From NCBI GenBank assembly GCA_037140715.1, contig JBAXDX010000003.1:1-60537 (forward strand): a stretch of 60,537 nucleotides of DNA, written 5' to 3'. A program made the translations under genes and the position numbers. Of the stretch, positions 1-9,287 are shown in pieces. Source of the stretch: Ignavibacteria bacterium (GTDB lineage Bacteria; Bacteroidota; Ignavibacteria; Ignavibacteriales; SURF-24). The notes under the pieces are model-generated. The model worked only from the letters and a program-made list of their open reading frames with translations. It was not told the DNA's origin and searched no databases. Each line of letters opens with the position of its first letter. The first letter of the stretch is position 1.

Positions 1-56
1 GAACCCGCAACCTGCTGATTACAAATCAGCTGCTCTGCCAATTGAGCTACACCAGC
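1..56 (-). tRNA. tRNA-Thr (anticodon UGU), 3' part cut off by the window edge
   Basis: Reverse complement reads GCTGGTGTAGCTCAATTGGCAGAGCAGCTGATTTGTAATCAGCAGGTTGCGGGTTC: D-arm, anticodon arm CTGAT-TTGTAA-ATCAG-like with TGT, and the T-arm GGTTC. Confidence 0.95.
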
Positions 57-71
57 ATCGTTTTGCTATAT

Positions 72-103
72 CAAAGATAGCATATTTTACTTATCGGCAC
101 AAG
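72..103 (-). promoter_or_regulatory. Putative tRNA promoter of Bacteroidota type (-33 TTG / -7 TAnnTTTG)
   Basis: Minus strand CTTG-N20-TATCTTTG ends 15 nt upstream of the tRNA 5' end. Confidence 0.5.
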
Positions 104-413
104 ATTTTTTTCAATTTTATATAGATATATTACTAAAAAACCAGGTAACCTGACTACACAAACCAATTACTTACCACTGCTTCCTTCCGGATCTGATGGA
201 GTTGGGCATTGACCTGTTAGTCAGGGCCTGGTTAACTTAAAAATCAGTAGTTAACTTACCGATAGATACAATAAAAATCAAGAGTTTCTATTATATCAGT
301 ATCTGATAATGCAGGATATTCAAATATAAAGCGGGGGACAAAACCCTGCGGGGCAACAGAACAACTTTGGACGGGGAAGTGGCAGCGTATTTCTGCCGGA
401 AAGATTATCTGTA

Positions 414-2327
414 TTATTTCGTATCAGGCTCAGTTGCGGGGAAAATTATCCTGAAAGTTGTTCCTTCATTTTTTACTGTCCGAACTTCAATCTCGATATT
501 ATTCATTTCGCAGTATTTTTTTATGATAGCAAGCCCAAGGCCGTTGCCTTCAAATCTTCTTGTATAGCCCTGCTCCTCCTGTGAGAAAGGGGTGAACAGA
601 CTGGGAATAAACTCGCCATCGATTCCAATGCCTGTGTCGGTAACTTCAACGATAAGTCTGCGGTTTTGATAAATAGTGATGATAACCGATCCTTTGTGAG
701 TGAATTTCAGGGCATTATCGATCAGATTGCTAAATATCTGGTAAACAGAGTATTCGTCAGCTATGATGATAGTTTCAGGAGTCTGGCGATTTAATAAAAA
801 TGAGAGGTTTTTATTTTTTGCCACATGAGCGAAACTGGAATAAACCTTCTCGATTATATCTGAAAACAAGTCAATTGTTCTCGGATTTGCCTCATAACTT
901 CCTGCCTGGATTTCCGACATATTCAGAATCAGGTCAATAGTGCGTATTATTCTGTCGCCTGCTGAGTTAATATTGGCAAAACATATTTTCATATCTTCGT
1001 CAGCCTCATATTTCAGTTCGTCCTTTATCAGTCCTGAGAAGCTTAGAATAGTATTAATCGGGGTACGTATTTCATGCGACATCTGAGCCAGGAATTCACT
1101 CTTAAGTCTGTCTGAAGTCTCAGCTTTTTCCTTTGCAATTTCAAGTTGTTTTTCGAATTCCTTAAGCTCGGTTATATCTTCCTTAATTGCTACAAAGTGG
1201 ATAATCTCGCCTTTTTCATTTTTTATTGGAGAGATAGAAGCAGACTCCCAATACATTTCTCCATTCTTCTTCTTATTACAAAATTCTCCGCGCCATTCTC
1301 CGCCATTTAAGATAGTTTGCCAGAGATTAGCATATTCGTTTACTGAGGTAACTCCGGATCTAAAGATACGTGGATTTTTCCCGATAACTTCATCGATAAT
1401 GTATCCTGAAGTCCGGGTGAACTTAGGATTAATATATTCAATATTGCCGTTTGTATCGGTAATGATTACGCTTGCGGGACTTTGTTCAACTGCATAGGAG
1501 AACTTGAGCAATGCAAGTTCGGTTTTCTTACGGTCCGTAATGTCAATCATTGAGCAGATTGTTTTCTGTGTTCCCGGAATAATGCTGATATTATTTATCA
1601 CATATTTGATATTGCCGGACTTGTCCGTGATTTGCATTTCATATTTATTAGGGATACCCTGTTTGTTCAGTCTTCTTCCGATATGATACTCTTTAAGCCG
1701 TTCGATATCATCAGGGCGAACGTACTCAGTCCAACTGTGTTTGTTTATTACTTCTTCAGAAGTAAAGCCCATTAACTTAATACATTCTGTGTTCACAAGC
1801 GAAACGATAGTATTCTCCTCAATAATAATAGAGGCTGTTCCTGTATGTTCGAATATTGATTTGTAAGTTTCTTCGCTTCGTCTGAGGGCCTTCTCGGTTG
1901 TTTTCTGTTCGGAGAATAGTCTCGCATTATTAATAACTATTCCAAGTTGTTCGCTAATCATTGAAAAGGTTTCTATATCCGAGTCGGAGAAACTGCAAGG
2001 GGATTCGGTGTTATCCAGTCTTAAGACACCGATTATATTTTGGTCGAACTTTACGGGCAAAGCTATGCATGATTTAATATGAGAGTGTCCGGCAGATAAT
2101 TTATCAATTATTATATTAGATTTTGAACTGTCGGTGATAATGATTATTTCTCCGGTTGCATAACATTTGTCTGAAACGCTAAAATTTGTTTCCTGAAGTC
2201 TGGTTTTAAATTTTGTAGCAGCATTATTCTTTGAAGCAACAGGAATATTAGTAAGTGCACACAACTTTTCATCATAGATAAGAAGGGTTGCCCTGGCAAC
2301 TGAAATAGAATGGAATGATTTCATCAA
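414..2327 (-). CDS. Sensor histidine kinase, C-terminal part (GAF-PAS-PAS-HisKA-HATPase); probably the downstream half of a frameshifted gene
   Basis: H-box FLAQMSHEIRTP, N-box NLIDNALKFT, G-boxes DTGIG and GNGLGL, PAS/PAC motifs; starts abruptly in a GAF domain and overlaps the upstream ORF. Confidence 0.85.
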   Translation of the reverse strand: MMKSFHSISVARATLLIYDEKLCALTNIPVASKNNAATKFKTRLQETNFSVSDKCYATGEIIIITDSSKSNIIIDKLSAGHSHIKSCIALPVKFDQNIIGVLRLDNTESPCSFSDSDIETFSMISEQLGIVINNARLFSEQKTTEKALRRSEETYKSIFEHTGTASIIIEENTIVSLVNTECIKLMGFTSEEVINKHSWTEYVRPDDIERLKEYHIGRRLNKQGIPNKYEMQITDKSGNIKYVINNISIIPGTQKTICSMIDITDRKKTELALLKFSYAVEQSPASVIITDTNGNIEYINPKFTRTSGYIIDEVIGKNPRIFRSGVTSVNEYANLWQTILNGGEWRGEFCNKKKNGEMYWESASISPIKNEKGEIIHFVAIKEDITELKEFEKQLEIAKEKAETSDRLKSEFLAQMSHEIRTPINTILSFSGLIKDELKYEADEDMKICFANINSAGDRIIRTIDLILNMSEIQAGSYEANPRTIDLFSDIIEKVYSSFAHVAKNKNLSFLLNRQTPETIIIADEYSVYQIFSNLIDNALKFTHKGSVIITIYQNRRLIVEVTDTGIGIDGEFIPSLFTPFSQEEQGYTRRFEGNGLGLAIIKKYCEMNNIEIEVRTVKNEGTTFRIIFPATEPDTK

Positions 2328-3438
2328 CCCTTTGAAATATCTGTTCCAGATCGAGAGTTTTCTGAAAGGCTGAATTGATTGCCTTAATCAGCTGAAGACT
2401 CATAACTTTTTCTTTTAATATGCGTTCCGTAGTTATTCTATCGAGAATTTCTTTTTTCAGAATTTCTTTTTGATGGAAGAAGTCAATTATCAAATAAGCG
2501 AGCCTGCCGAACTCTGTCTTATTTTTGCGAAGTTTTCTTATAATTGTTCCATCGTTGGTTTCGATGCTTTTTGATATAACTTTAAGTGGTTTGCTGAGAT
2601 ATTGGTAAAGGAAGTAAGAAATGGAAAAAAGCATTATAAATATAAATAATACCAGATAAATCATCTGAATCCGAGCTATATCAATTGCTTCCTGCATCAT
2701 TGGAAAGCTGTAGATAACCATTAAAACAGATATTGGTCTATTATCCAATGAGAAGAGAGTTTCCCTGCATGTAAATGTTAATCCATTTTGCTGGTTTGCC
2801 AGTTCCGTTATGAAATCTTCTTCTATGCTAAGCAGTTTAATGCTGTCGCCGCTCGAAAGATTCTGAATCTCTTTGAGGTAGTTATTATTCCAAATCCTGC
2901 CAGTAAAGAAGAAGCCCGTTGGTTTGGATTTTCTTTTTATATCTTTGCTTGACTGAATCGGGGCACAGCAGATTTCTACAAGACCATCCGGAGTAGAGAC
3001 AAAAAAGCGTTGGAACCAGTTAGCTGCCAGGGCTTTCTTTAGCGTTTCCATATCAACCGGCAGTCTTTTCAGCGAAGTATTATTGCTGTGAATAGTTGAG
3101 TAAACGAGGTTTAGATTAATATCATACACCCAGGCATAATTTGCCTTGAACGTATTAAGTGAACTTTCGATATTAATGAAACTCCAGGCTGTATCTTTGC
3201 TGGATACGAAATTCATCATTTCATCCCAGTACGAATAATCATTTGCAAATGTTATAAGACTACCGTCAAGCGTCTTTATAACAGAAGCCACAAGATGTTC
3301 TTTTTCTGTTGTTCTGTCTTTTAATATATTCTCAAACTTTTTGTTTTCGGCGCGACTGAAAAGTAATAATCCGAGAATAAATAAAGCACTTGTTACAGTA
3401 ATAAAAATTGTTATTTTGGTTTGTATCTTATTAAACAT
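2272..3438 (-). CDS. CHASE4 periplasmic sensor / membrane N-terminal part of the same histidine kinase
   Basis: N-terminal TM, DYSYWDE CHASE4 motif, second TM and HAMP-like linker; the last ~18 aa look out of frame. Confidence 0.8.
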   Translation of the reverse strand: MFNKIQTKITIFITVTSALFILGLLLFSRAENKKFENILKDRTTEKEHLVASVIKTLDGSLITFANDYSYWDEMMNFVSSKDTAWSFINIESSLNTFKANYAWVYDINLNLVYSTIHSNNTSLKRLPVDMETLKKALAANWFQRFFVSTPDGLVEICCAPIQSSKDIKRKSKPTGFFFTGRIWNNNYLKEIQNLSSGDSIKLLSIEEDFITELANQQNGLTFTCRETLFSLDNRPISVLMVIYSFPMMQEAIDIARIQMIYLVLFIFIMLFSISYFLYQYLSKPLKVISKSIETNDGTIIRKLRKNKTEFGRLAYLIIDFFHQKEILKKEILDRITTERILKEKVMSLQLIKAINSAFQKTLDLEQIFQRVDEIIPFYFSCQGNPSYL

Positions 3439-3604
3439 TTCTTTGAGATCACAATATTAGTACAGCTATATAATAGTATGGTACAAATATAATAAAATCT
3501 TTATATGTTTGGTGGTAAACGTTAATTTATGTACATAGAAATTTTGAGTTTTCTTGTATAAAATTAGTTAACAGCTAAAAATACAGCGGTCATTTTTTAT
3601 TGCA

Positions 3605-4281
3605 TGAAACGATTAAGCCGGGGAAGTAATTTCAAAATAATTATTTAGGTATAAACAAAAACAGGAGATACCTTAACAATTAAAACAAGATGACCATGTA
3701 CGCCGGAACAGAAGATGATAATCTTAAGAGAATTGCCTGAAGAGAAAATTCGAATAAGCCGGCTGGCCGAAAAATATAAGATATATACCAATGATAGTCA
3801 TAACCGGGGAAAAACTCTTTGAAAGTGTCATAGAATTATTTGACTATGCCAGACAAAAAACAACAATAAATCAGAATCTGAAGAAAAGATAAAAGTCCTG
3901 GAAGAGAAGCTTAAAAAGCAGGATGAAGTCATGAGCTATTTTCTTCAGGACGATATAGCCCGGATTAAAAGAAAGTATCGATGTGAATCATTAAGCTTAA
4001 AACGGGTTGAATACGATATCAGAGACAGCATTGTTCATTTTATAAAAATGCTACATACTAAAACCGATATTGAAATAAACAAAATAATTCAAATGACTGG
4101 TATTCACCAGTCAAAATTTTGTAACTGTCTTGAAAGACTGTGCAAGCCCGACTTTCATAACTGCAGGCTGTCAAAAGCGAACTGGTTTCTGTTATACTGT
4201 CTGGCAGTTTAATATTCATGTAAACATCGCAGGACAGCTTCCTTATACCATTCTGAATACTTCTTCCGTCTTTATTGTTTC
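3605..4281 (+). mobile_element. Decayed, internally deleted IS3-family element (orfA HTH remnant plus start of orfB), bounded by imperfect inverted repeats
   Basis: Interrupted translation TPEQKMIILREL...ISRLAEKYKI...KLFES...EEKIKVLEEKLKKQDEV resembles IS3 OrfA; DIRDSIVHFI...SKF..C..R...HN.RL.KANW resembles the OrfB N-terminus; stops and frameshifts present; IRs at 3605-3640 and 4241-4281. Confidence 0.7.
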
Positions 4282-4383
4282 TGTTATTTTGTTTTTTTTA
4301 TTCAGGGTCATCACTTTTTTCTCTTTTTACCTACGATAAACAACGCAGATACCCCGGGTCATTTTGAATATAATGCAGGTGAG

Positions 4384-5145
4384 TCACTTCCTTTTGAATT
4401 TTTTTAACTCTAGAAGCTTGGCATATTTAGTAAAGACATAATTAGCGGAGAAGACAGCCAAAATAAATCCCTGCATACCATCGAGGAAGCCGTATTTTAT
4501 AATATACATCTTAAAGAAAAGGAAAGTCGGGCGTACTAGCAGGTCAAAAATAGAAACAGGTCTGTTTTTCTGGTAAAGCTCATTAGCCGCAAGGGACGTA
4601 TAGTTATTAAACTTTTCATAATAATGTTTTATAGAAGGGTCGGTATAATGTTCAATATCCCCGTTTAGTCTGCCAATCCTGCCATTAATAATAAGATGTT
4701 CATGTACATCCTTCTGACTGAAATAAGCTTTTTTCTTATTAAATAATCTTTCTATTCTGCCAGGGTACCAGCCACTATGCATAATCCATTTGCCGAGGAA
4801 GTTAGCTTTACGCGGGATTGAATAAGCCGCATAGTTAGTATCCTCTGCCAGCTTAAACTGCATCAATTCTTTTTGCAGATATTCAGTTAGTGCTTCATCG
4901 GCATCAATCCACAATATCCAGTCATTCGTAGTCTTGGAAATAGCAAATTCTTTGGACTTTGAATATCCAAGCCATTTAGTAGTGTAGGCCTTAACTCCGA
5001 AAGAATTAACTATTTGCAGAGTAATATCGGTAGTTGCATCATCGACAATGACAATAATTTCATCGATGCATTCAAGCTGGCTGTTAATACACCGGGCAAT
5101 ATTATTCTTTTCATTTTTTGCGATAATAATAGATGAAAGCTTCAT
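4384..5145 (-). CDS. Glycosyltransferase family 2 (WaaE/KdtX-like)
   Basis: IIAKNE..NI..CI, IDADE, GWYP..RLF and VHE motifs. Confidence 0.9.
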   Translation of the reverse strand: MKLSSIIIAKNEKNNIARCINSQLECIDEIIVIVDDATTDITLQIVNSFGVKAYTTKWLGYSKSKEFAISKTTNDWILWIDADEALTEYLQKELMQFKLAEDTNYAAYSIPRKANFLGKWIMHSGWYPGRIERLFNKKKAYFSQKDVHEHLIINGRIGRLNGDIEHYTDPSIKHYYEKFNNYTSLAANELYQKNRPVSIFDLLVRPTFLFFKMYIIKYGFLDGMQGFILAVFSANYVFTKYAKLLELKKFKRK

Positions 5146-5275
5146 AATCTGTTATTTTTTTTATTACTAATATACTAAATGTTCATATAATAATCTTTTC
5201 ATTTAGAGAGATTTAGCCTATCTTACGGACAAAAAAATGAGGTTTTCAGATTAAGCTACCGGTATTGACTGATAT

Positions 5276-6589
5276 ATGTTATCTATAATTGTTTCGAAAA
5301 GAAAAGACAAGAGATTTGCAGAGGTACTATGGGTGGTAGCAGGACAATTTGTGGCGGTGCTATTTGGTTTTGTCTCAGTCAAATTGCTTTCGAAATTAGG
5401 GAGTGCGGAGTATGGGAAGTTTGTTCTCATCACTACGATAGCCGTATTGCTGAGCATGATATTCTATGGACCTTTTGCGCAGGGGTTCATACGTTTTTAT
5501 TATGATTATCAGAAAACAGGGAAGCAGGGATTATATGTAAGATATATTTATAAAAATCTTTTTCTTATTACTTTTTTTTTATTAGTCATTGCAGTTGTCG
5601 CAGCCTTAATATTAGAATTTCAGAAAACATCCGGAGTATTTGGTCTGTCCATGCTGACGAGTGTGTATGTGCTGGCAATAAAAGTAACCGAGTTTGTTAA
5701 TTCCCATTTAAATATAATAAGGCAGAGGAAATTAAACTCAATTTTGCAGGGGAGCGAGAAGATATTAATTATATTGTTATATATATATATATATTATAAG
5801 GATATGTTATCACTTAATCTGGCTCTTTTTTCTTATACCTTTGTAACTTTATGTTTTATATGTGTAAAACTTTTTATGATTAACAGACTAATTAAGAATA
5901 AAGAGGAACATATATTTGCAGTAAATAATAAAGAGACTATTCAGATGAAGCGTTCACTAATTGCTTATATGACTCCTTTTTTGATATGGAGTGTAACAGG
6001 CTGGTTACAGCTAAACGGCGAAAAGTGGATTATTGCTAATTATCTGTCAACATCGGATGTCGGTATTTACGGAGTAATGGGGTCGCTGGTTGGTGTGTTT
6101 ATTATTATTCCCAATAATATTATTATGGATTTTTCAACGCCTATTATCTTCGAGCGTTTTAATAACTTTGACGATAAAGAGAAGATGAAAGAAGGATTAA
6201 AATATACAGGGCTGATTATGACAGCGTGTTTTGGTCTGATGGTATTGTCCTCAGTCGTAGCCCTGTTTATTGGCCGGGATTTAATTAAGCTCATTAGCGA
6301 TAAGAGTTATCTCAAATATTCATATCTTTTACCTGTCTTTATTTTTGGAACCGGACTATTTTATTTCGGACAGGCAGCCTGTATGCCTGGCATGGCATTA
6401 AATAAACCCCAAAAATATTTAATGCCCAAAATAACGGCTGGCATTACTGCAATGTTATTAAATATTGTTTTTATAAAATCTTTTGGGTTAACGGGCGTAT
6501 CAGTTTCAATTGTTTTGACCGGCGCTTTGTATTCGTTGTATATAGTTTTAATAAATAAGCAGCTTCTTAGAACAGCAGGGTTAAAATAA
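5276..6589 (+). CDS. wzx: Polysaccharide flippase (Wzx family)
   Basis: Many TM segments, LG.AEYG and VGIYG motifs, first gene of a GT cluster. Confidence 0.75.
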   Translation: MLSIIVSKRKDKRFAEVLWVVAGQFVAVLFGFVSVKLLSKLGSAEYGKFVLITTIAVLLSMIFYGPFAQGFIRFYYDYQKTGKQGLYVRYIYKNLFLITFFLLVIAVVAALILEFQKTSGVFGLSMLTSVYVLAIKVTEFVNSHLNIIRQRKLNSILQGSEKILIILLYIYIYYKDMLSLNLALFSYTFVTLCFICVKLFMINRLIKNKEEHIFAVNNKETIQMKRSLIAYMTPFLIWSVTGWLQLNGEKWIIANYLSTSDVGIYGVMGSLVGVFIIIPNNIIMDFSTPIIFERFNNFDDKEKMKEGLKYTGLIMTACFGLMVLSSVVALFIGRDLIKLISDKSYLKYSYLLPVFIFGTGLFYFGQAACMPGMALNKPQKYLMPKITAGITAMLLNIVFIKSFGLTGVSVSIVLTGALYSLYIVLINKQLLRTAGLK

Positions 6590-6592
6590 ATA

Positions 6593-7627
6593 ATGAAGAT
6601 ACTTGCCGTATTAATGCAATATGATTACGGAGTGAAGGAGAGGGGCTATTCATTTGAATATTATAATATATATCTTCCGCTTACGGAGGTGTATAAGAAA
6701 GAGAATGTTTTGCTCTTTGATTTTAAGACTATTTATAATGAACATGGTAAAACAGAACTTAATAAACAGTTAATTGAATATGTCAGCATGGAAAAACCTG
6801 ATATAACAATATTTTGTTTATTTGAACATGAAATTGAACCTGATACTGTCCGTAAGGCGGGAGAGCGTACAACGACTGTTTCCTATTTTATAGATGACCC
6901 GTGGAGGCAATCCTTTGCGCGGTTCTGGATTCCATGTTTTGATTATTTCTCTACTCCTGATTATTATATGTATCGGCAGTATTTATCTGAAGGTATAAGA
7001 AACGTTATTTATTCGCCGTTTGGTTTTAACAAGGATATTTATAAAAAAAAAGATTTACCGAAGAAGTATGATGTTTCATTTGTTGGCGGATTTAGTCCAT
7101 TGCGGAAATGGACAATTTCGCTTCTTGAAAAAGAGGGTGTAAAGGTAAATGTATTCGGACGAGGCTGGGGTCAAAAGAATAATTTTATAAGTCAGGATGA
7201 AATGGTTGATATTTTTAATCAGTCTAAGATAAACCTGAATTTATCGAACGGAATATCTTATGATATGAAATTTCTTCTTTATTCAGTTCGTTCGTTAAGA
7301 GCGGTAAAAGAAATATTGTTGCTTAAGAAAAGTCGTGAGCAGGTCAAGGGCAGACATTATGAAATAAACGGTTGTGGCGGATTCCAGTTGAGTTATTTTG
7401 TACCCGGGCTTAATTGTGCCTATAAAATTGAAGAAGAGATAGCAGTCTTTGATAATGTATATAATCTTGCTGGTCAGATTAAGTTCTTCATTAAAAATGA
7501 CCGGCTCAGGCAGTCGATAGCCGGTGCAGGTTATATTAGATCTCTGAAAGAACATACGTCCCAAAATTATTTGCAAAACTTAATTGGCAAAATAGAGAAT
7601 GAAAGAAATGTTAAAAAACATCAATAG
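6593..7627 (+). CDS. CgeB-like glycosyltransferase (Glyco_trans_1_2 type)
   Basis: DDPWR, YDVSFVG, SKINLN, KGRHYEI.GCGGF and R..IA.AGY.R.L.EHT motifs. Confidence 0.8.
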   Translation: MKILAVLMQYDYGVKERGYSFEYYNIYLPLTEVYKKENVLLFDFKTIYNEHGKTELNKQLIEYVSMEKPDITIFCLFEHEIEPDTVRKAGERTTTVSYFIDDPWRQSFARFWIPCFDYFSTPDYYMYRQYLSEGIRNVIYSPFGFNKDIYKKKDLPKKYDVSFVGGFSPLRKWTISLLEKEGVKVNVFGRGWGQKNNFISQDEMVDIFNQSKINLNLSNGISYDMKFLLYSVRSLRAVKEILLLKKSREQVKGRHYEINGCGGFQLSYFVPGLNCAYKIEEEIAVFDNVYNLAGQIKFFIKNDRLRQSIAGAGYIRSLKEHTSQNYLQNLIGKIENERNVKKHQ

Positions 7628-8396
7628 ATTTTTAAAAAGTTCAGGTATTAATCTGACTCAGTTGATTAATTCAATTGAAGGAATTTCTCAGTTCTATAAA
7701 AATTATCAGACCATAAAGAGCGCAATGGAAAAATCGGAAATATTTAGGCAGGGTGATTTTATCCCGTGTCTGTCCGACCGATTTAATTCAAGCGGAATAA
7801 TTTCCGAGCATTATTTTTATCAGGATTTATTTGTAGCACAGTTAATAAATAAAAATAATCCTGTAAAGCATGTGGACATTGGTTCAAGACTCGATGGATT
7901 TATTTCTCATATTGCAAGCTTTAGAGAAATTGAAGTCTTCGATATTCGTGAGATGAAGAAAGTTATTCCAAATGTAACTTTCCATCGGGCTGACTTAATG
8001 AGTCGGGACTTTAATCTTATCGACTATTGCGACTCAGTATCCTCGCTTCATGCAATCGAGCACTTTGGTCTTGGCCGCTATGGCGATAATGTTGATTACT
8101 TTGGTTATCTGAAAGGACTTGATAATATTTACAAGATGTTAAAGAGCGGGGGCAGGTTTTATTTTTCTGTTCCGGTTGGCGGAATCCAGCGGATTGAATT
8201 CGATGCTCACCGAATATTTTCGCTACCTTATCTTATTAAATTATTTATGGATAAATATCAAATAGCATCGTTTAGCTATATAGACGACAACGATGTTTTG
8301 CATAAGAATATTGAGCCTGATATAAATAATAGCGATCATAAAAGAAGTTTTAATCTGAAGTTCGGTTGTGGAATTTTTGAACTTATTAAATTATGA
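7599..8396 (+). CDS. DUF268-family, SAM-dependent methyltransferase-like protein
   Basis: HYFYQDL, HVDIGSRLDGF, SLHAIEHFGLGRYGD and FDAHRIF motifs. Confidence 0.75.
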   Translation: MKEMLKNINRFLKSSGINLTQLINSIEGISQFYKNYQTIKSAMEKSEIFRQGDFIPCLSDRFNSSGIISEHYFYQDLFVAQLINKNNPVKHVDIGSRLDGFISHIASFREIEVFDIREMKKVIPNVTFHRADLMSRDFNLIDYCDSVSSLHAIEHFGLGRYGDNVDYFGYLKGLDNIYKMLKSGGRFYFSVPVGGIQRIEFDAHRIFSLPYLIKLFMDKYQIASFSYIDDNDVLHKNIEPDINNSDHKRSFNLKFGCGIFELIKL

Positions 8397-8438
8397 TTAC
8401 ATGATTAATATAGCCGGAGTAATAGCGGGAAGATATAT

Positions 8439-9287
8439 ATGAAGAATGAGCCTTTGATTTCTGTTGTTATTCCTGCGCATAATGCTGTAAAATATATTCA
8501 TGAAACTATTCAGTCAGTTTTGAATCAGACTTATAAGAATTTCGAAATAATTGTTGTAGATGACGGCTCTACTGATGCAACTGTTGATATAGTAATGAAG
8601 ATGATGGAAGCCGACAGCAGAATATTGTGTTATAAGATATCCTTCGCCGGAAGGCCTTCAATTCCAAGGAATTATGGTATATGGCAGGCTAAGGGCGAAT
8701 ATGTTGCGTTTCTTGACAGCGATGATATCTGGAGTCCTTATAAGCTGGAATATCAGATAAATTATGTAAATAATAATTCTGAACTGATAATGGTTTATAC
8801 GATGAGCCTGACATTTGGAGAAGTAAACATTTTTTCTTCTCATTATGAACTTCTGCCTTTGTTATTTAAGGCATCAAGGAGTTATCAGGATTTAATTGGC
8901 AAAGGTAATTCGGTTACGTGTTCTTCTGTTTTGATCAGGACAGATTTATTAAAAGAAGAAGGTGGATTTGATGAGGATCCAAATCTGCAAATCGAGGATT
9001 ATGATCTTTGGCTCAGGTTAAGCAGGCATGGAAATATCGGGTTTATTCCAAGGATACTTGTTTACTATAGAGTTCATTCAAATCAGTATTCTTCTTCATG
9101 GGAAGTTAAAGTGCAGAGATTAGCATATCTTTCTAAAAAGAGAAATATCATTTTACCTGAATATAAATTTTACCGGAATAAAAATATTCTTTTACTTCTT
9201 ATGAGAAATATACTGCACGTGGCAACAGTTATATATGTTAAGGCGGCTGAGTTGATTGAACGAAATAAAAAAAAAACCTTTTCATAA
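8439..9287 (+). CDS. Glycosyltransferase family 2
   Basis: ISVVIP, VDDGSTD, FLDSDD and EDYDLWLR motifs. Confidence 0.9.
   Translation: MKNEPLISVVIPAHNAVKYIHETIQSVLNQTYKNFEIIVVDDGSTDATVDIVMKMMEADSRILCYKISFAGRPSIPRNYGIWQAKGEYVAFLDSDDIWSPYKLEYQINYVNNNSELIMVYTMSLTFGEVNIFSSHYELLPLLFKASRSYQDLIGKGNSVTCSSVLIRTDLLKEEGGFDEDPNLQIEDYDLWLRLSRHGNIGFIPRILVYYRVHSNQYSSSWEVKVQRLAYLSKKRNIILPEYKFYRNKNILLLLMRNILHVATVIYVKAAELIERNKKKTFS

Noticed and set aside
331-354. Terminator after the histidine kinase
   Set aside because: The stem has an A-C mismatch on the coding (minus) strand and the U tract is weak
3931-4212. 93-aa ORF as an intact gene
   Set aside because: It is a fragment of the decayed IS3-like transposase
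1-4300. tRNA-anchored genomic island or prophage
   Set aside because: No integrase or att duplication seen, and the window lies on the tRNA 5' side
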